This document shows, piece by piece, positions 41,886-53,105 of a stretch of 64,000 nt of DNA (position 1 is the stretch's first letter; every line of letters starts with the position of its first letter). Position numbers and translations under genes: made by a program. The notes under the pieces are model-generated. The model searched no databases. It was not told the DNA's origin and was given only the letters and a program-made list of their open reading frames with translations. This DNA comes from Nostoc sp. DedSLP01 (GTDB lineage: Bacteria; Cyanobacteriota; Cyanobacteriia; Cyanobacteriales; Nostocaceae). The stretch spans positions 192,001-256,000 of the forward strand of contig JAVRCJ020000004.1 of assembly GCA_034530875.2 (NCBI GenBank). The letters are read 5' to 3'.

Positions 41886-42536
41886 TCATATTCTAGAAAA
41901 ATACTGAATTTCCTGTTGAATATTGCTGCGGGCAAATGGTTCGGCAAACTCCAACATTAAAGGCGTAAAGTAGATATGCGGGCGCTGCAAAAATCCTTCT
42001 AAAAACTGCCGTCGCCCCGCGATATATTCAGCTTCTGGCACCCAGGCATATTCTTGGCGAATGGCATTGGAATATTGTGGATAATCAAGTGGATTAATCG
42101 CTAAAATCGCTAAATCTGCGTCAATGAGGACTTGGCTATCACAATCATTCGCCACTGCTTGGTGATTTTTAGTGTCCAGAATCAAGTGGCTGACGGTAGT
42201 TATAGTACTTTCTGGAATGACCAAATGACTTAGTAATTCAAAAGCACAGTCTGCACTTTTTTCTTCATTATCTCGAGCTTTAGTGTCATACACGACATCA
42301 TGAAACCAGCCAGCAAGTAAAACAGCAGGTAAGTTGTTTGTGTAGCCTTGTAAAATCTGGACTGTGCTGAGGACATGATGAATGTGTTCGAGTGTATGGT
42401 AATAGCGATCGCTTGTAGAGTAAGCTGCAACCAAGTGATTAAAGACCTTATCAGCCGCTACTTGGTCAACGCCAAAAGGTTCGAGTGTGCGTTGCCAATT
42501 AGAAAATAAGATACGCGTGAGGTTTTCTGTAGACAT
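41886..42536 (-). CDS. HD-superfamily metal-dependent phosphohydrolase
   Basis: RYYHTLEHI, WFHDVVYD, NEEKSA, IDADLAIL, IRQEY. Confidence 0.85.
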   Translation of the reverse strand: MSTENLTRILFSNWQRTLEPFGVDQVAADKVFNHLVAAYSTSDRYYHTLEHIHHVLSTVQILQGYTNNLPAVLLAGWFHDVVYDTKARDNEEKSADCAFELLSHLVIPESTITTVSHLILDTKNHQAVANDCDSQVLIDADLAILAINPLDYPQYSNAIRQEYAWVPEAEYIAGRRQFLEGFLQRPHIYFTPLMLEFAEPFARSNIQQEIQYFSRI

Positions 42537-42835
42537 AGCGTTAGTATCCTCACTCCTGGTATGACTGAGCTAAACTCTTGTGCTGCAACATCTGTCCAAT
42601 CGAGTTAAAAATAGATCAACAAAAGGATAACACTTCTAAGTGGTTGATAGGGCGTGGGGCATCGGCCATTGGGTATGGGAAAGGGAAAAGGAGGGATCTT
42701 TCGTTTACCCCTTACCCTTTGCCCCTTACCCCTTGCCCCATGCCCTATGCCCTATGCCCCAATATAATTAAAGCGTCAAAATAGAAGACACAGGTTTGAT
42801 AAAAAACCTTGCCTTAATTCAGGAGCTTATTATCA

Positions 42836-45820
42836 GTGGTATTACAAGTACAAACAAGCACCTACGAAGCTAAAACCCAAGAAATTGCAAAACAACTTCT
42901 AGCAGCTACCCAAGAAAATCGTTCGTTTTTTGCTTCCTTGCGAGATCAAATGCGTTGGGATGATAAATTACTAGCTTGGGCAATGAGTAATCCTGGGCTG
43001 CGGGTGCAATTATTTCGGTTTATAGATACGCTACCTGCTTTGCACAGTAAGTCAGAAATCGCTTCGCATTTACAAGAATATTTAGGCGATGAATCTGTAG
43101 AATTACCGTCAGCTTTGAAGGGACTCTTAAACTTTGCTAACCCCGATTCTGTACCGGGACAAGTTGCTGCGACAACCGTTGCAACAGCAGTTGAAACTCT
43201 CGCTCATAAATATATTGCTGGGGAAAATATTAAACAAGTCATCAAAACAGTTGAACGACTGCGAAAAGAAAAAATGGCTTTCACCATTGATTTACTTGGT
43301 GAAGCAGTAATTACTGAAGCGGAAGCGCAATCTTATCTAGAACGCTATCTAGAATTAATGCAACAATTGGTAGAGGCATCGAAGAATTGGCCAGCTATCC
43401 CAGCTATTGATGAGGCTGATGGCGAACCGCTACCAAAAGTGCAGGTTTCTGTTAAGTTAACGGCGTTTTATTCGCAATTTGACCCATTAGATGCTAAAGG
43501 TAGTGAAGAGAGAGTAAGCGATCGCATCCGCATTCTTTTACGTCGTGCTAAAGAATTAGGCGCAGCTGTGCATTTTGATATGGAACAGTATGCCTATAAG
43601 GACATAACTCTGAATATCTTGAAAAAGCTGTTACTGGAAGAAGAGTTTAGGCAACGCACAGATATTGGTATCACAATCCAAGCATATCTGCGTGATAGTG
43701 AGGAAGATGTTAAAAGCGTAATTTCTTGGCTAAAACAGCGCGGTTATCCTCTAACAATTCGTTTGGTCAAAGGCGCATATTGGGATCAAGAAACTATTAA
43801 GGCAGCCCAGAAGCACTGGCCGCAGCCAGTTTACAATGATAAAGTGGCAACTGATGCTAACTTTGAAGCCATCACTCAGTTATTGCTGGAAAATCATCAA
43901 TATGTGTATTCTGCCATTGGTAGCCATAATGTGCGATCGCACGCTCGTGCTATAGCGATAGCTGAAAGTTTGAATGTCCCTCGCCGTCGGTTTGAGTTGC
44001 AAGTCCTCTACGGTATGGGTGATAAAGTTGCCAAGGCGTTGGTTGATAGGGGTTACCGGGTGAGAGTTTACTGTCCTTACGGGGAATTGTTACCTGGAAT
44101 GGCGTATTTGATTCGGCGGTTGTTGGAAAATACGGCTAATAGTTCTTTTTTACGGCAGAATTTGGAGAATAGACCGATTGAGGAATTGTTGGCTGCGCCT
44201 GTTGTTGATGATTCTCACGCAGAGGCGCTGAGGCGCAGAGAGGAAAACGGAGGTTTTGTTGGGGCAGCGGATACGGATTATGCTGAGGAGGAGGGGAGAA
44301 GGAAGGCGACCAAAGCTTTTGAGAGGGTGCGTCAGCAGTTGGGGAGGAGTTATTTGCCCCTGATTAATGGGGAGTATGTTAAGACGGCGGAATTTGTTGA
44401 TTCTCTTAATCCTTCTAATTTTAGTGAGGTAGTTGGGAAAGTCGGGTTAATTAGCGTCGAACAAGCCGAACAGGCGATGCAAGCTGCGAAGGCGGCGTTT
44501 CCTGGATGGCGGAAAACACCTGTTGAGGAACGCGCTAAGATTCTGCGAAAAGCGGCTGATTTGATGGAGGAACGCCGCGCTGAACTTGCAGCTTGGATGG
44601 TTTTGGAAGTTGGAAAACCTGTTAAGGAAGCTGATGGAGAGGTTTCGGAAGCGATAGATTTTTGTCGTTACTATGCTGATGAGATGGAACGATTAGATAA
44701 AGGTGTGATTTATGACATACCTGGTGAAACTAACCGTTATATTTACCAGCCACGAGGAATTGCTGTGGTGATTTCTCCTTGGAATTTTCCGTTGGCGATC
44801 GCTTGCGGTATGACTGTTGCAGCCTTGATAACAGGGAATTGTACTCTTCTAAAACCTGCGGAAACATCTTCTGTAATTGCTGCCAAACTCGCAGAAATCT
44901 TGATTGATGCTGGTTTTCCTAAAGGTGTATTTCAATACGTACCAGGTAAGGGTTCCCAAGTCGGCGCTTATTTGGTAAATCATCCAGATACTCATGTAAT
45001 TGCTTTTACTGGTTCCCAAGAAGTAGGGTGCAGAATTTACGCAGATGCGGCAACGCTAAAACCCGGACAAAAGCACATGAAGCGAGTAATTGCAGAAATG
45101 GGCGGTAAGAATGCAATTATTGTGGATGAGAGTGCTGATTTAGACCAAGCAGTTGTCGGCGTAGTGCAGTCAGCATTTGGTTATAGCGGACAAAAATGTT
45201 CTGCTTGTTCGCGGGTAATTGTACTGCAACCAATTTATGAAACCTTTGTGCAGCGGTTGGTGGAAGCAACAAAATCTCTGAACATTGGGGAAGCAGAGTT
45301 ACCTAGTACGCAAGTCGGGCCAGTAATTGATGCCAATGCCCGCGATCGCATCCGCGAGTATATTGAAAAGGGTAAGGCAGAAGCAAAATTAGCCTTGGAG
45401 TTACCAGCACCGGAACATGGATATTTTATCGGGCCTGTGATTTTTAGTGAAGTCTCGCCAGATGCAGTAATTTCTCAGCAAGAAATTTTTGGGCCTGTGC
45501 TGGCGGTAATTCGAGTAAAAAATTTCCCAGAAGCCTTAACAGTCGCCAACGGGACTAACTTCGCGTTGACTGGAGGTCTTTATTCTCGAACACCTTCCCA
45601 CATTCAACAAGCACAGACAGAATTTGAAGTCGGGAATTTGTACATCAACCGCACCATCACAGGTGCTATAGTTGCACGCCAACCCTTTGGTGGGTTCAAA
45701 CTCTCGGGAGTGGGTTCTAAAGCCGGAGGCCCTGATTACCTATTGCAATTTTTGGAACCACGCGCAGTTACAGAAAATATTCAGCGCCAAGGTTTTGCAC
45801 CAATTGATGGAGTTGATTAA
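42836..45820 (+). CDS. putA: Bifunctional proline dehydrogenase / glutamate-semialdehyde dehydrogenase
   Basis: IDLLGE, RLVKGAYWD, AYLIRRLLEN; ISPWNFP, EMGGKN, GQKCSA, EIFGP. Confidence 0.96.
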   Translation: MVLQVQTSTYEAKTQEIAKQLLAATQENRSFFASLRDQMRWDDKLLAWAMSNPGLRVQLFRFIDTLPALHSKSEIASHLQEYLGDESVELPSALKGLLNFANPDSVPGQVAATTVATAVETLAHKYIAGENIKQVIKTVERLRKEKMAFTIDLLGEAVITEAEAQSYLERYLELMQQLVEASKNWPAIPAIDEADGEPLPKVQVSVKLTAFYSQFDPLDAKGSEERVSDRIRILLRRAKELGAAVHFDMEQYAYKDITLNILKKLLLEEEFRQRTDIGITIQAYLRDSEEDVKSVISWLKQRGYPLTIRLVKGAYWDQETIKAAQKHWPQPVYNDKVATDANFEAITQLLLENHQYVYSAIGSHNVRSHARAIAIAESLNVPRRRFELQVLYGMGDKVAKALVDRGYRVRVYCPYGELLPGMAYLIRRLLENTANSSFLRQNLENRPIEELLAAPVVDDSHAEALRRREENGGFVGAADTDYAEEEGRRKATKAFERVRQQLGRSYLPLINGEYVKTAEFVDSLNPSNFSEVVGKVGLISVEQAEQAMQAAKAAFPGWRKTPVEERAKILRKAADLMEERRAELAAWMVLEVGKPVKEADGEVSEAIDFCRYYADEMERLDKGVIYDIPGETNRYIYQPRGIAVVISPWNFPLAIACGMTVAALITGNCTLLKPAETSSVIAAKLAEILIDAGFPKGVFQYVPGKGSQVGAYLVNHPDTHVIAFTGSQEVGCRIYADAATLKPGQKHMKRVIAEMGGKNAIIVDESADLDQAVVGVVQSAFGYSGQKCSACSRVIVLQPIYETFVQRLVEATKSLNIGEAELPSTQVGPVIDANARDRIREYIEKGKAEAKLALELPAPEHGYFIGPVIFSEVSPDAVISQQEIFGPVLAVIRVKNFPEALTVANGTNFALTGGLYSRTPSHIQQAQTEFEVGNLYINRTITGAIVARQPFGGFKLSGVGSKAGGPDYLLQFLEPRAVTENIQRQGFAPIDGVD

Positions 45821-45831
45821 AGTATAGAATT

Positions 45832-45855
45832 AGGTGGGGAAACCCACCTTTTTTA
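45832..45855 (+). terminator. Rho-independent terminator
   Basis: AGGTGGG-GAAA-CCCACCT followed by a T run. Confidence 0.8.
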
Positions 45856-45877
45856 AAATGTTATAACTCGAGGGAGT

Positions 45878-46324
45878 TTGATGAGTAATTTAGTAATCAA
45901 AGTTGCTAAAATACCTGAGGATTTTCCAGCGATCGCTGCAATTAGAAAATCAGTTTTTCAGGACGAACAAGGGGTAGATGACGCCTTAGAGTTTGATGGC
46001 AACGATGAAATATCTGACCATTTAATAGCTTATTTAGATGATAAACCTGTGGGTACTACCAGAATTAGATATTTAGATGACCAAACTGCTAAAATAGAAA
46101 GACTTGCTGTCTTATCTAGATTTAGAGGTCAAGGTATTGGTAAGAAAATCACAGAAAATGCACTCTTGTTTCTAGCTAGTAAAAATATTCGAGAAGTTGT
46201 AATTCATGCTCAAGATTATGTCAAAAGTTTATATCAAAAATTGGGCTTTGTAGAAGAAGGAGAAATATTTGAAGAAGTTGGTATTCCCCATGTAAAAATG
46301 AGGAAACCTTTGCAGTTACCATAA
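45878..46324 (+). CDS. GNAT acetyltransferase (YjcF/ElaA-like)
   Basis: IRKSVFQDEQG, KIERLAV..RGQGIG, HAQ...LYQKLGF, GIPHVKM. Confidence 0.9.
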   Translation: MMSNLVIKVAKIPEDFPAIAAIRKSVFQDEQGVDDALEFDGNDEISDHLIAYLDDKPVGTTRIRYLDDQTAKIERLAVLSRFRGQGIGKKITENALLFLASKNIREVVIHAQDYVKSLYQKLGFVEEGEIFEEVGIPHVKMRKPLQLP

Positions 46325-46461
46325 TTTAAAATTTGCCGATCCAATTAAATTATAAAAACTATTTTTATTAAAAAATAAAATGCGAGATGGCTATAATATC
46401 ATCTCACATTTACCAAATTTATTATTATTCTCTGCTTATAATAATGAAGCACTCATTACTA

Positions 46462-48510
46462 TTAAGCAGTTACATAAAAATTGTTATTGCTTAGTGAGAC
46501 TCCACCATATAGTTGTGCGAATTTTACCTGAGTAAACGCACCTCCCCTACCATCTTGGTCAAAGTACAATGCACCTGTAGCGTCATCATAGATAATTCGC
46601 TGAGTGGTAGTGGTTGCAGATGTTCCAAGGGTGAACTGATTAGCTGCAAGCCAACCTGTTGATAACCCACCACCAAAACCAGCAGCCGATACCTGAATCA
46701 ACTCATTAGTAGCGTTGAAGTCATAAATACTATCAACGCCATCATAGAAGCTATTAAAGCCAAAGCGATCGCCACCATTTCCTCCATAAAGCGTATCATT
46801 ACCATTTCCTCCATAGAGGGTATCATTACCGTTGCCACCCTTGAGAGTGTTATTACCAGATGCGCCAGAGGCAGACAAGATATCACTGCCATTGCCCCCA
46901 TCAAGTAAATTATTGCCTGTTGAAGTGTCAACATTTAAAGTATCGTTCCCAGCACCACCCTTGAGGGTGTTATTGCCTAAAGCCGTGCAATAATAATCTG
47001 TTTCACCTAAGTCTTTGTAGAAGCCAGAAGCAGAGAGATAATCATTGCCATCGCCCCCATCAAGTAGATTATTGCCTGTTGAAGCGTCAACATTTAAGGT
47101 ATCGTTACCAGCACCACCGTTGAGACTGTTGTAGCCAGAAGCACCGTAATCATTGTTGGACAAGTAAGAACTGTCAGAGGCAGAGAGATAATCATTATCA
47201 TCTCCACCAAATAGTAGGTTATTCCCTTTGGACGAGTCAACATCTAACGTATCGTTACCACCACCACCGTATAAGGTGTCATTGCCTTGAGATATATATA
47301 TTCTTGCTCTTGAAACAAAGCCAGAGGCAGAAAGATAATCATTGCCATCGTCCCCAAAAAGTAGGTGATTCTCTTTGGAAAAGTTAACATTTAACGTATC
47401 GTTACCAGCACCACCTTTGAGAGTGTTATTCCCTGAGATACTATCGGGATCGGGACTAAAATCAGCATTGGCCGTGAGGTAATCATTGCCATCGTCCCCA
47501 ACCAGTAGATTATTGCCTGTAGAATAGTTAACATTTAAGGTATCCTCACCAGCACCACCCTTGAGGGTGTTATTGCCTAAGGTAAAATAAGCTTCTAGAG
47601 AATCATTGCCATCGCCCCCAAACAGTAGATTATTGCCTGTAGAATCGTTAACATTTAAGGTATCGTCACCAGCACCACCGTTGAGAGTATTCTTTCCAGA
47701 AGCGTTATAGTTGTAGAAGTACCTAGAGGCACTTAGGGAATCATTGCCATCGCCCCCAAATAGTAGGTTATCAGCTGTTGAACCGTCAACATTTAAGGTA
47801 TCGTTACCAGTGTCACCGTTGAGGATGTTATTCCCCTCGCTATCAACGAGATAATCATTCCCTGCATTGCCAATGAGAGTATCATTGCCTACGCCACCAC
47901 GTAGCAGGTCGTTACCACCCTTGCCAGCGATGCGGTCATTACCGCCTTGACCATTAATCACATCATCTGAGTTGTCAAAGCCAATGACATAGTTATTCAA
48001 GTCGTTAAAGAAAGTGACTGTGTTTTTGCGGGATAGGCTTTGTTGAGTGGAGTTAGCATTGACGACATCAAAGCTGTCAGTAATGCTGGTTTGTCCATTA
48101 AACAAGATATTGCCTACTGTAGATAGGTTATCTAGGTTTTCCAGGCTAAAATTTTGCAGGATGACTTTGGAATTAGACCATCCTTCAAAGGTAATTTCTA
48201 GATTTTTACCATTCTGTCTCAGGAGTAGATTTCGAGGAATCAAGCTTTCCTCAACAAATTTGATGGTATCAACTTCGGCAATGACTGCTGCTGAGGGATT
48301 TGAGCTTTTACCTACGCCACCAAAATTTGTGATGGTATCAGTGCTGCCATAGAAGTTGTAAACAAATGTATCCTTGCCACCGCCACCAGTCAGAGTATCG
48401 TCGCCTCCATTGCCTGTGATGGTATCGTTACCTGCTTTGCCGTTAATTGTGTCGGCGCTGTTAGTTCCCAGTAGGGTATCGTTACCCTTGGTTCCAATGA
48501 TATTTGCCAT
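46462..48510 (-). CDS. RTX/hemolysin-type calcium-binding repeat protein
   Basis: Many GGxGxDxL nonapeptides; C-terminal IIYD..TGALYFDQDG..GAF..VKFAQL motif. Confidence 0.9.
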   Translation of the reverse strand: MANIIGTKGNDTLLGTNSADTINGKAGNDTITGNGGDDTLTGGGGKDTFVYNFYGSTDTITNFGGVGKSSNPSAAVIAEVDTIKFVEESLIPRNLLLRQNGKNLEITFEGWSNSKVILQNFSLENLDNLSTVGNILFNGQTSITDSFDVVNANSTQQSLSRKNTVTFFNDLNNYVIGFDNSDDVINGQGGNDRIAGKGGNDLLRGGVGNDTLIGNAGNDYLVDSEGNNILNGDTGNDTLNVDGSTADNLLFGGDGNDSLSASRYFYNYNASGKNTLNGGAGDDTLNVNDSTGNNLLFGGDGNDSLEAYFTLGNNTLKGGAGEDTLNVNYSTGNNLLVGDDGNDYLTANADFSPDPDSISGNNTLKGGAGNDTLNVNFSKENHLLFGDDGNDYLSASGFVSRARIYISQGNDTLYGGGGNDTLDVDSSKGNNLLFGGDDNDYLSASDSSYLSNNDYGASGYNSLNGGAGNDTLNVDASTGNNLLDGGDGNDYLSASGFYKDLGETDYYCTALGNNTLKGGAGNDTLNVDTSTGNNLLDGGNGSDILSASGASGNNTLKGGNGNDTLYGGNGNDTLYGGNGGDRFGFNSFYDGVDSIYDFNATNELIQVSAAGFGGGLSTGWLAANQFTLGTSATTTTQRIIYDDATGALYFDQDGRGGAFTQVKFAQLYGGVSLSNNNFYVTA

Positions 48511-49336
48511 AACTTTTTTCTGTCCAATCGATTTTTTCAGTAACTTCAGTTCTCAATCCGCTGTTGAGGCTGTTTTAGAGCACAATGAACTGACCGAGAA
48601 CTGAAGCTTTCGGCATAGTTATCTCACCTTTGAGAGTTTGCAATTTTTCTCAAAGATTTACTTTGTTGAATAGCTTGTAAGTAAGACTTATCCAACTAGA
48701 GCATTTTTCATTTCAATGAGGTACATAACTCTAGCCTCTCTTCCCCGCCAATATCCACTTTGCTCAATTGGAGAAATGCTGTATCTACGACTATCTAAGT
48801 CTTAAGCACTGTCAAATTACTGAGTATGTGAATTCACAAAAATAGGCCGTTTCAAGATTTTATCGACTGTGTTTGATTGAGTAGCTATTGCTAAAAAATC
48901 ATCGACAAATCAACTTTGAATGCTTGAAATCCACACTTCATATTTGTTTTTTTGCCAGTGCATAAGTCTTCTATTTTGAAAATAGGGAATAGCTTACAGG
49001 GGATAGGCAAAGGTATTTTTCTGCTCTCATTGTGAGCCATTGCCCCTAATTATTGAGCTTGAAAATAGGAAACATCTATAAATAACATGATAATTACTAG
49101 ATACTAATTATTTTCTGAGATGTCTATATTTCAAGATAAATCTTTGCATAATCTTCACATTTTTGTCGAAAAAATGTATATAAAACTATTGTAATTTTTG
49201 TAATCTTTATATTTTTAGATGATTGCACCGATGCAGGGTTACAGTATACCTTAAGGATGAAGAATATCGAGCGGTCGCTAGGTATGATTTTACACTACCC
49301 TTTATGGTTAAAAATATAAATGCGATCGCCAATTAT

Positions 49337-51130
49337 TTAAATTGGTGTTTGACTCATGTCTAAATCATCCTCCTTATCCTCCAAATACATCTGATTTGGT
49401 AGAAATAAAGTAAACTTGCTACCTTTTCCCAAAGTCGATGTAACCGTCACATCTCCACCGTGCAAACGTGCTAATTTGCGTGTCAAAGCTAAACCCAAAC
49501 CCGTGCCTTCGTACTTGCGATTTAACCGACTGTCAAGCTGCTTAAACGGTTCAAATAGAAATTGAAATTGACTTGAATCAATACCAATCCCTGTATCTGA
49601 AACTATAAATTTCATCCCTTGCGGAACTTTTTTGACTACCAGCGATACCTCACCCGCTGGGGTGAATTTAACGGCATTGCTGAGCAGGTTAAGTAGCATT
49701 TGCTTGATACGCCGTTCATCGGCAATGCAAATATCCGCTTTGGGATCGATTTCACATCTGATTTGCAATCCCTTTTCTAAGGCGCGATCGCGTACTGTTG
49801 ATATGGCATAATTACATATCTCTGAAACTGACAAAGGTAAAAGCAATAATTCTTCTTTGCCTGCTTCCACCTTAGATAAATCTAAAATATCGTTAATTAC
49901 TGCTAGTAATTGTTCGCCACTACTATATATACAATTGATATATTCCTTCTGTTTTTCATTGAGAGAGCCAACTATTTCTTGTTGTAGTAATTGCGATAAA
50001 CCCATAACCGCATTTAGAGGCGTCCGCAATTCATGGCTCATGGTTGCTAAAAATTCACTTTTGGCTCGACTGGCTGCTTCTGCTGCTTCTTGAGAAGCGC
50101 GTAGCTTCAACTCTGTTTGCTTGCGTTCGGTAATGTCCTCAATCATCGCTAAAAAAAACTCAGGTTTACCGTTGCTATCCCGAATCGCAGAAACCGAAAT
50201 ATGAGTCCAAATTAAGCTACCATCTTGATGCAGGCAACGTCTTTCCATCTCAATGCGATTTTTTTCAGCCGGTTGCTCTTTAATTTCAACCTTTGAAGTT
50301 TTCTTGGAATTTGTGCTGCTTCCTGACACCAATTGTTTATAAATTTCTAAATCGCCTTTTTGCGTGTAAATGTAATTTGTAAAACGTTTGCCATGTAACT
50401 CTTCTCGGCTATATCCCAAAATCTCACACAATGCGGCATTAGTATCGACTATTTGCGCTTTCATATCTATCAGCGTAATCCCGATAGAAGAACACTCAAA
50501 AACGGCTCTAAATCGCGCTTCACTCTGTCGCAATGCTTCCTGTGCAGCATTCCGCTGACTCGCTTCTATAGCCAAGCTCACGAAATCTGCAATTGAACCA
50601 GCAAAAGTTTCTTCTTCTAACGTCCATTGGCGACCTTCGCCTACGTGTTCGTGGCAGACTACGCCTACTAAACGACCTTCTAACCAAATCGGTGCGTCCA
50701 GCAGAGATGTGATGCCAAGAATATAAAGATAAGACTCCGATAATTCTTTAGTTCTAATATCGTTTATAGCATCATTTACAGCAATACTACGTTCCTGTTC
50801 TAAAGCCTGAAAATAAGCAGGATAATTAGTTTTCAAAATAGAGTTACCAGAGGTATGCTCCTTGGTCTTTACATCGTATAAATCGATGCATTCCATTTTT
50901 GAGCGCTCTTGATTATATAACCACACTCCAACTCGCTCAACTAATAGCGTCTGAGCCGCAGTTTCTGTGATTTCTCTTAAAGCTGCATTTAGATTTCCTT
51001 GCTGGAATGTCTTGCTCCTTGCCAGCTGCACCAAGCTCTGGCTTTGTTTTCGCCGAGTATCTTCTTTGCTTTGTAAACCCTCTTGGGCTTCGTTATACTC
51101 TGTAATATTTCTCGCCGTGACCACCTGCAT
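49337..51130 (-). CDS. GAF-PAS sensor histidine kinase
   Basis: GAF (SLLDAPI..VCHEH), [34 protein letters not shown]. Confidence 0.92.
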   Translation of the reverse strand: MQVVTARNITEYNEAQEGLQSKEDTRRKQSQSLVQLARSKTFQQGNLNAALREITETAAQTLLVERVGVWLYNQERSKMECIDLYDVKTKEHTSGNSILKTNYPAYFQALEQERSIAVNDAINDIRTKELSESYLYILGITSLLDAPIWLEGRLVGVVCHEHVGEGRQWTLEEETFAGSIADFVSLAIEASQRNAAQEALRQSEARFRAVFECSSIGITLIDMKAQIVDTNAALCEILGYSREELHGKRFTNYIYTQKGDLEIYKQLVSGSSTNSKKTSKVEIKEQPAEKNRIEMERRCLHQDGSLIWTHISVSAIRDSNGKPEFFLAMIEDITERKQTELKLRASQEAAEAASRAKSEFLATMSHELRTPLNAVMGLSQLLQQEIVGSLNEKQKEYINCIYSSGEQLLAVINDILDLSKVEAGKEELLLLPLSVSEICNYAISTVRDRALEKGLQIRCEIDPKADICIADERRIKQMLLNLLSNAVKFTPAGEVSLVVKKVPQGMKFIVSDTGIGIDSSQFQFLFEPFKQLDSRLNRKYEGTGLGLALTRKLARLHGGDVTVTSTLGKGSKFTLFLPNQMYLEDKEDDLDMSQTPI

Positions 51131-51597
51131 TAGTTGTCCTCAAGAAGAAATAATTTGGTCTCGCAGTTCTACGTAAAAAGTAGAACTATCTTTGTATAAC
51201 TACAATTACTTTGTATGATTTTTCATAACCGGAAAGTATATTTGTCTTAATCAAATTTTTTTATTTTGGAATGACGAGTTCCAAACTAGAATTTGCCAAT
51301 CACTTCTTTAAGTTTGTATCAGTCATTTTGCCCCAATCGATGGTAATTGGCATTTAAAATCATTTAACTATCAAGTAGTATAGTATTTTTAAAAGTTAGC
51401 TTGTACAGCCAATGTAATTATTACATCACTTAATTCTCCGAATTGCTACTTTGATACTAAAGGATACCCTTCCTTAAATTTAGATTCTTAATTAGTCATT
51501 ACTAGCAGAATACCCTTGAATTCGCCTACAGAAAGATATCTAATGACTCAAATTTTGCCAAAATTAAGTTAGTGATAGCTGTTACAAAGGTAGAGAC

Positions 51598-52524
51598 ATG
51601 ATAGATACTAATTTAAGAATTGTTTCTCTAATTCCGGGTGGAACAGAGATTTTAGCCGCATTAGGATTGGTTGATGCTATTGTAGGGCGATCGCACGAAT
51701 GTGATTATCCCCCAGAAATCCAAGATCGCCCCATTTGTACCCAAGCACGCTTAAACTCGAATGCTTCTAGCAGCCAAATTCACGATGAAGTGAACAATTT
51801 GCTGCAATCTGCTCTTAGTATCTATCAAATTAAAACAGATGTTTTAGAAAAGTTACAGCCTACCCACATTCTCACGCAAGACCAGTGTGATGTCTGTGCT
51901 GTCAGCTTTCACGAAGTCGAAAAAGCAGTTGCTACTCTTGTTGAGAGTCAACCGCAGATTATTTCTTTACAACCCAATATTCTCAGGGATATTTGTGATG
52001 ACATTGAACGAGTAGCCAATACTTTCGGCGTAGACTCGCTCAAAGTATTAGAAAATTTAGAAGCTCGCATTAAAATTTGCGAACAAAAAATTCAAGGACT
52101 TGCTTTAAATGAACTGCCCACTGTAGCTTGCATTGAGTGGATAGATCCTTTGATGACAGCGGCAAATTGGATTCCGGAATTAGTCAACTTGGCAGGAGGG
52201 CAATCTCTATTTAGTGTCGCCGGTCAGCCTTCTCCTCAGTTACCCTGGGAAACACTATTGGCAAGTAATCCAGATATAATTGTTTTTATGCCTTGCGGTT
52301 TCGATCTAAATCGCACGCGCCAAGAAGCCCAGCTGTTAACTCAACTTCCAGAATGGGAAAAACTGCACGCCACCCAAACTGGTAGAATCTATATCACTGA
52401 TGGCAATTCTTACTTCAATCGTCCAGGGCCGCGATTAGTAGATTCTTTAGAAATTTTGGCAGAAATTATACATCCAGAAATTTTTGAATACGGCTACAAA
52501 GGAACTGGTTGGCAACCCTTGTAA
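51598..52524 (+). CDS. TroA/BtuF-like binding protein lacking a signal peptide
   Basis: RIVSL.P..TEI, SHECDYP, FNRPGPRL; sequence starts directly at the mature domain. Confidence 0.8.
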   Translation: MIDTNLRIVSLIPGGTEILAALGLVDAIVGRSHECDYPPEIQDRPICTQARLNSNASSSQIHDEVNNLLQSALSIYQIKTDVLEKLQPTHILTQDQCDVCAVSFHEVEKAVATLVESQPQIISLQPNILRDICDDIERVANTFGVDSLKVLENLEARIKICEQKIQGLALNELPTVACIEWIDPLMTAANWIPELVNLAGGQSLFSVAGQPSPQLPWETLLASNPDIIVFMPCGFDLNRTRQEAQLLTQLPEWEKLHATQTGRIYITDGNSYFNRPGPRLVDSLEILAEIIHPEIFEYGYKGTGWQPL

Positions 52525-52528
52525 AGAA

Positions 52529-52561
<33 letters not shown>

Positions 52562-52735
52562 TATTAATTATTAATTTGTGTGTCAGTAAGTGATTTGGTT
52601 TAAAAACTTGACGCTTTACGATTCGCGAATAGATAGCTTTAAGGCTCCCATCAAATCATAGGTTTGGTGATTCTAAATAGCACGTCTTAATTTCCCACCA
52701 AGAATGATTCTGAATTCTGATTTCTGATTTCTTGT

Positions 52736-53038
52736 TCAAGGTGTTTGTTCAGAATCAGATGATGCTTCATTGTTAAATAACAATAGGCGTGCGGCGAGAA
52801 TGGCAAATCCCACAGCAGCGATCGCTTTCATGAAGCGTGCGGGTAATAATTCTGCTACTGCTCCTCCTGCTAATGCTCCCAATAAGCTTGTCAATATTAA
52901 TGCTGCTGCTGTGCCAAAAAATACAGCCCGCGGAGATTGGCAACGCCCTGAAAGTGCGATCGCTGCTAGCTGACTTTTATCACCTAATTCTGATAAAAAA
53001 ACTGTTATAAAACTTAATCCAAGAAGATGCCAATCCAT
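52736..53038 (-). CDS. UPF0016/GDT1 half-size protein (Hmx2-like Mn transport)
   Basis: ELGDKSQ motif, three TM segments. Confidence 0.85.
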   Translation of the reverse strand: MDWHLLGLSFITVFLSELGDKSQLAAIALSGRCQSPRAVFFGTAAALILTSLLGALAGGAVAELLPARFMKAIAAVGFAILAARLLLFNNEASSDSEQTP

Positions 53039-53105
53039 ATTTTTAAGAGGGAGAGATAAGGGGCACAGAAGCAGAGGGGGCAGAGGGGCAGGGGAAAACT
53101 AATGA

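Noticed and set aside
46830..47835. Repeat/variable pattern as a CRISPR array or DGR target
   Set aside because: Repeats are about 100 nt, degenerate and in-frame coding; no cas or reverse transcriptase genes, and no adenine-specific template copy seen.
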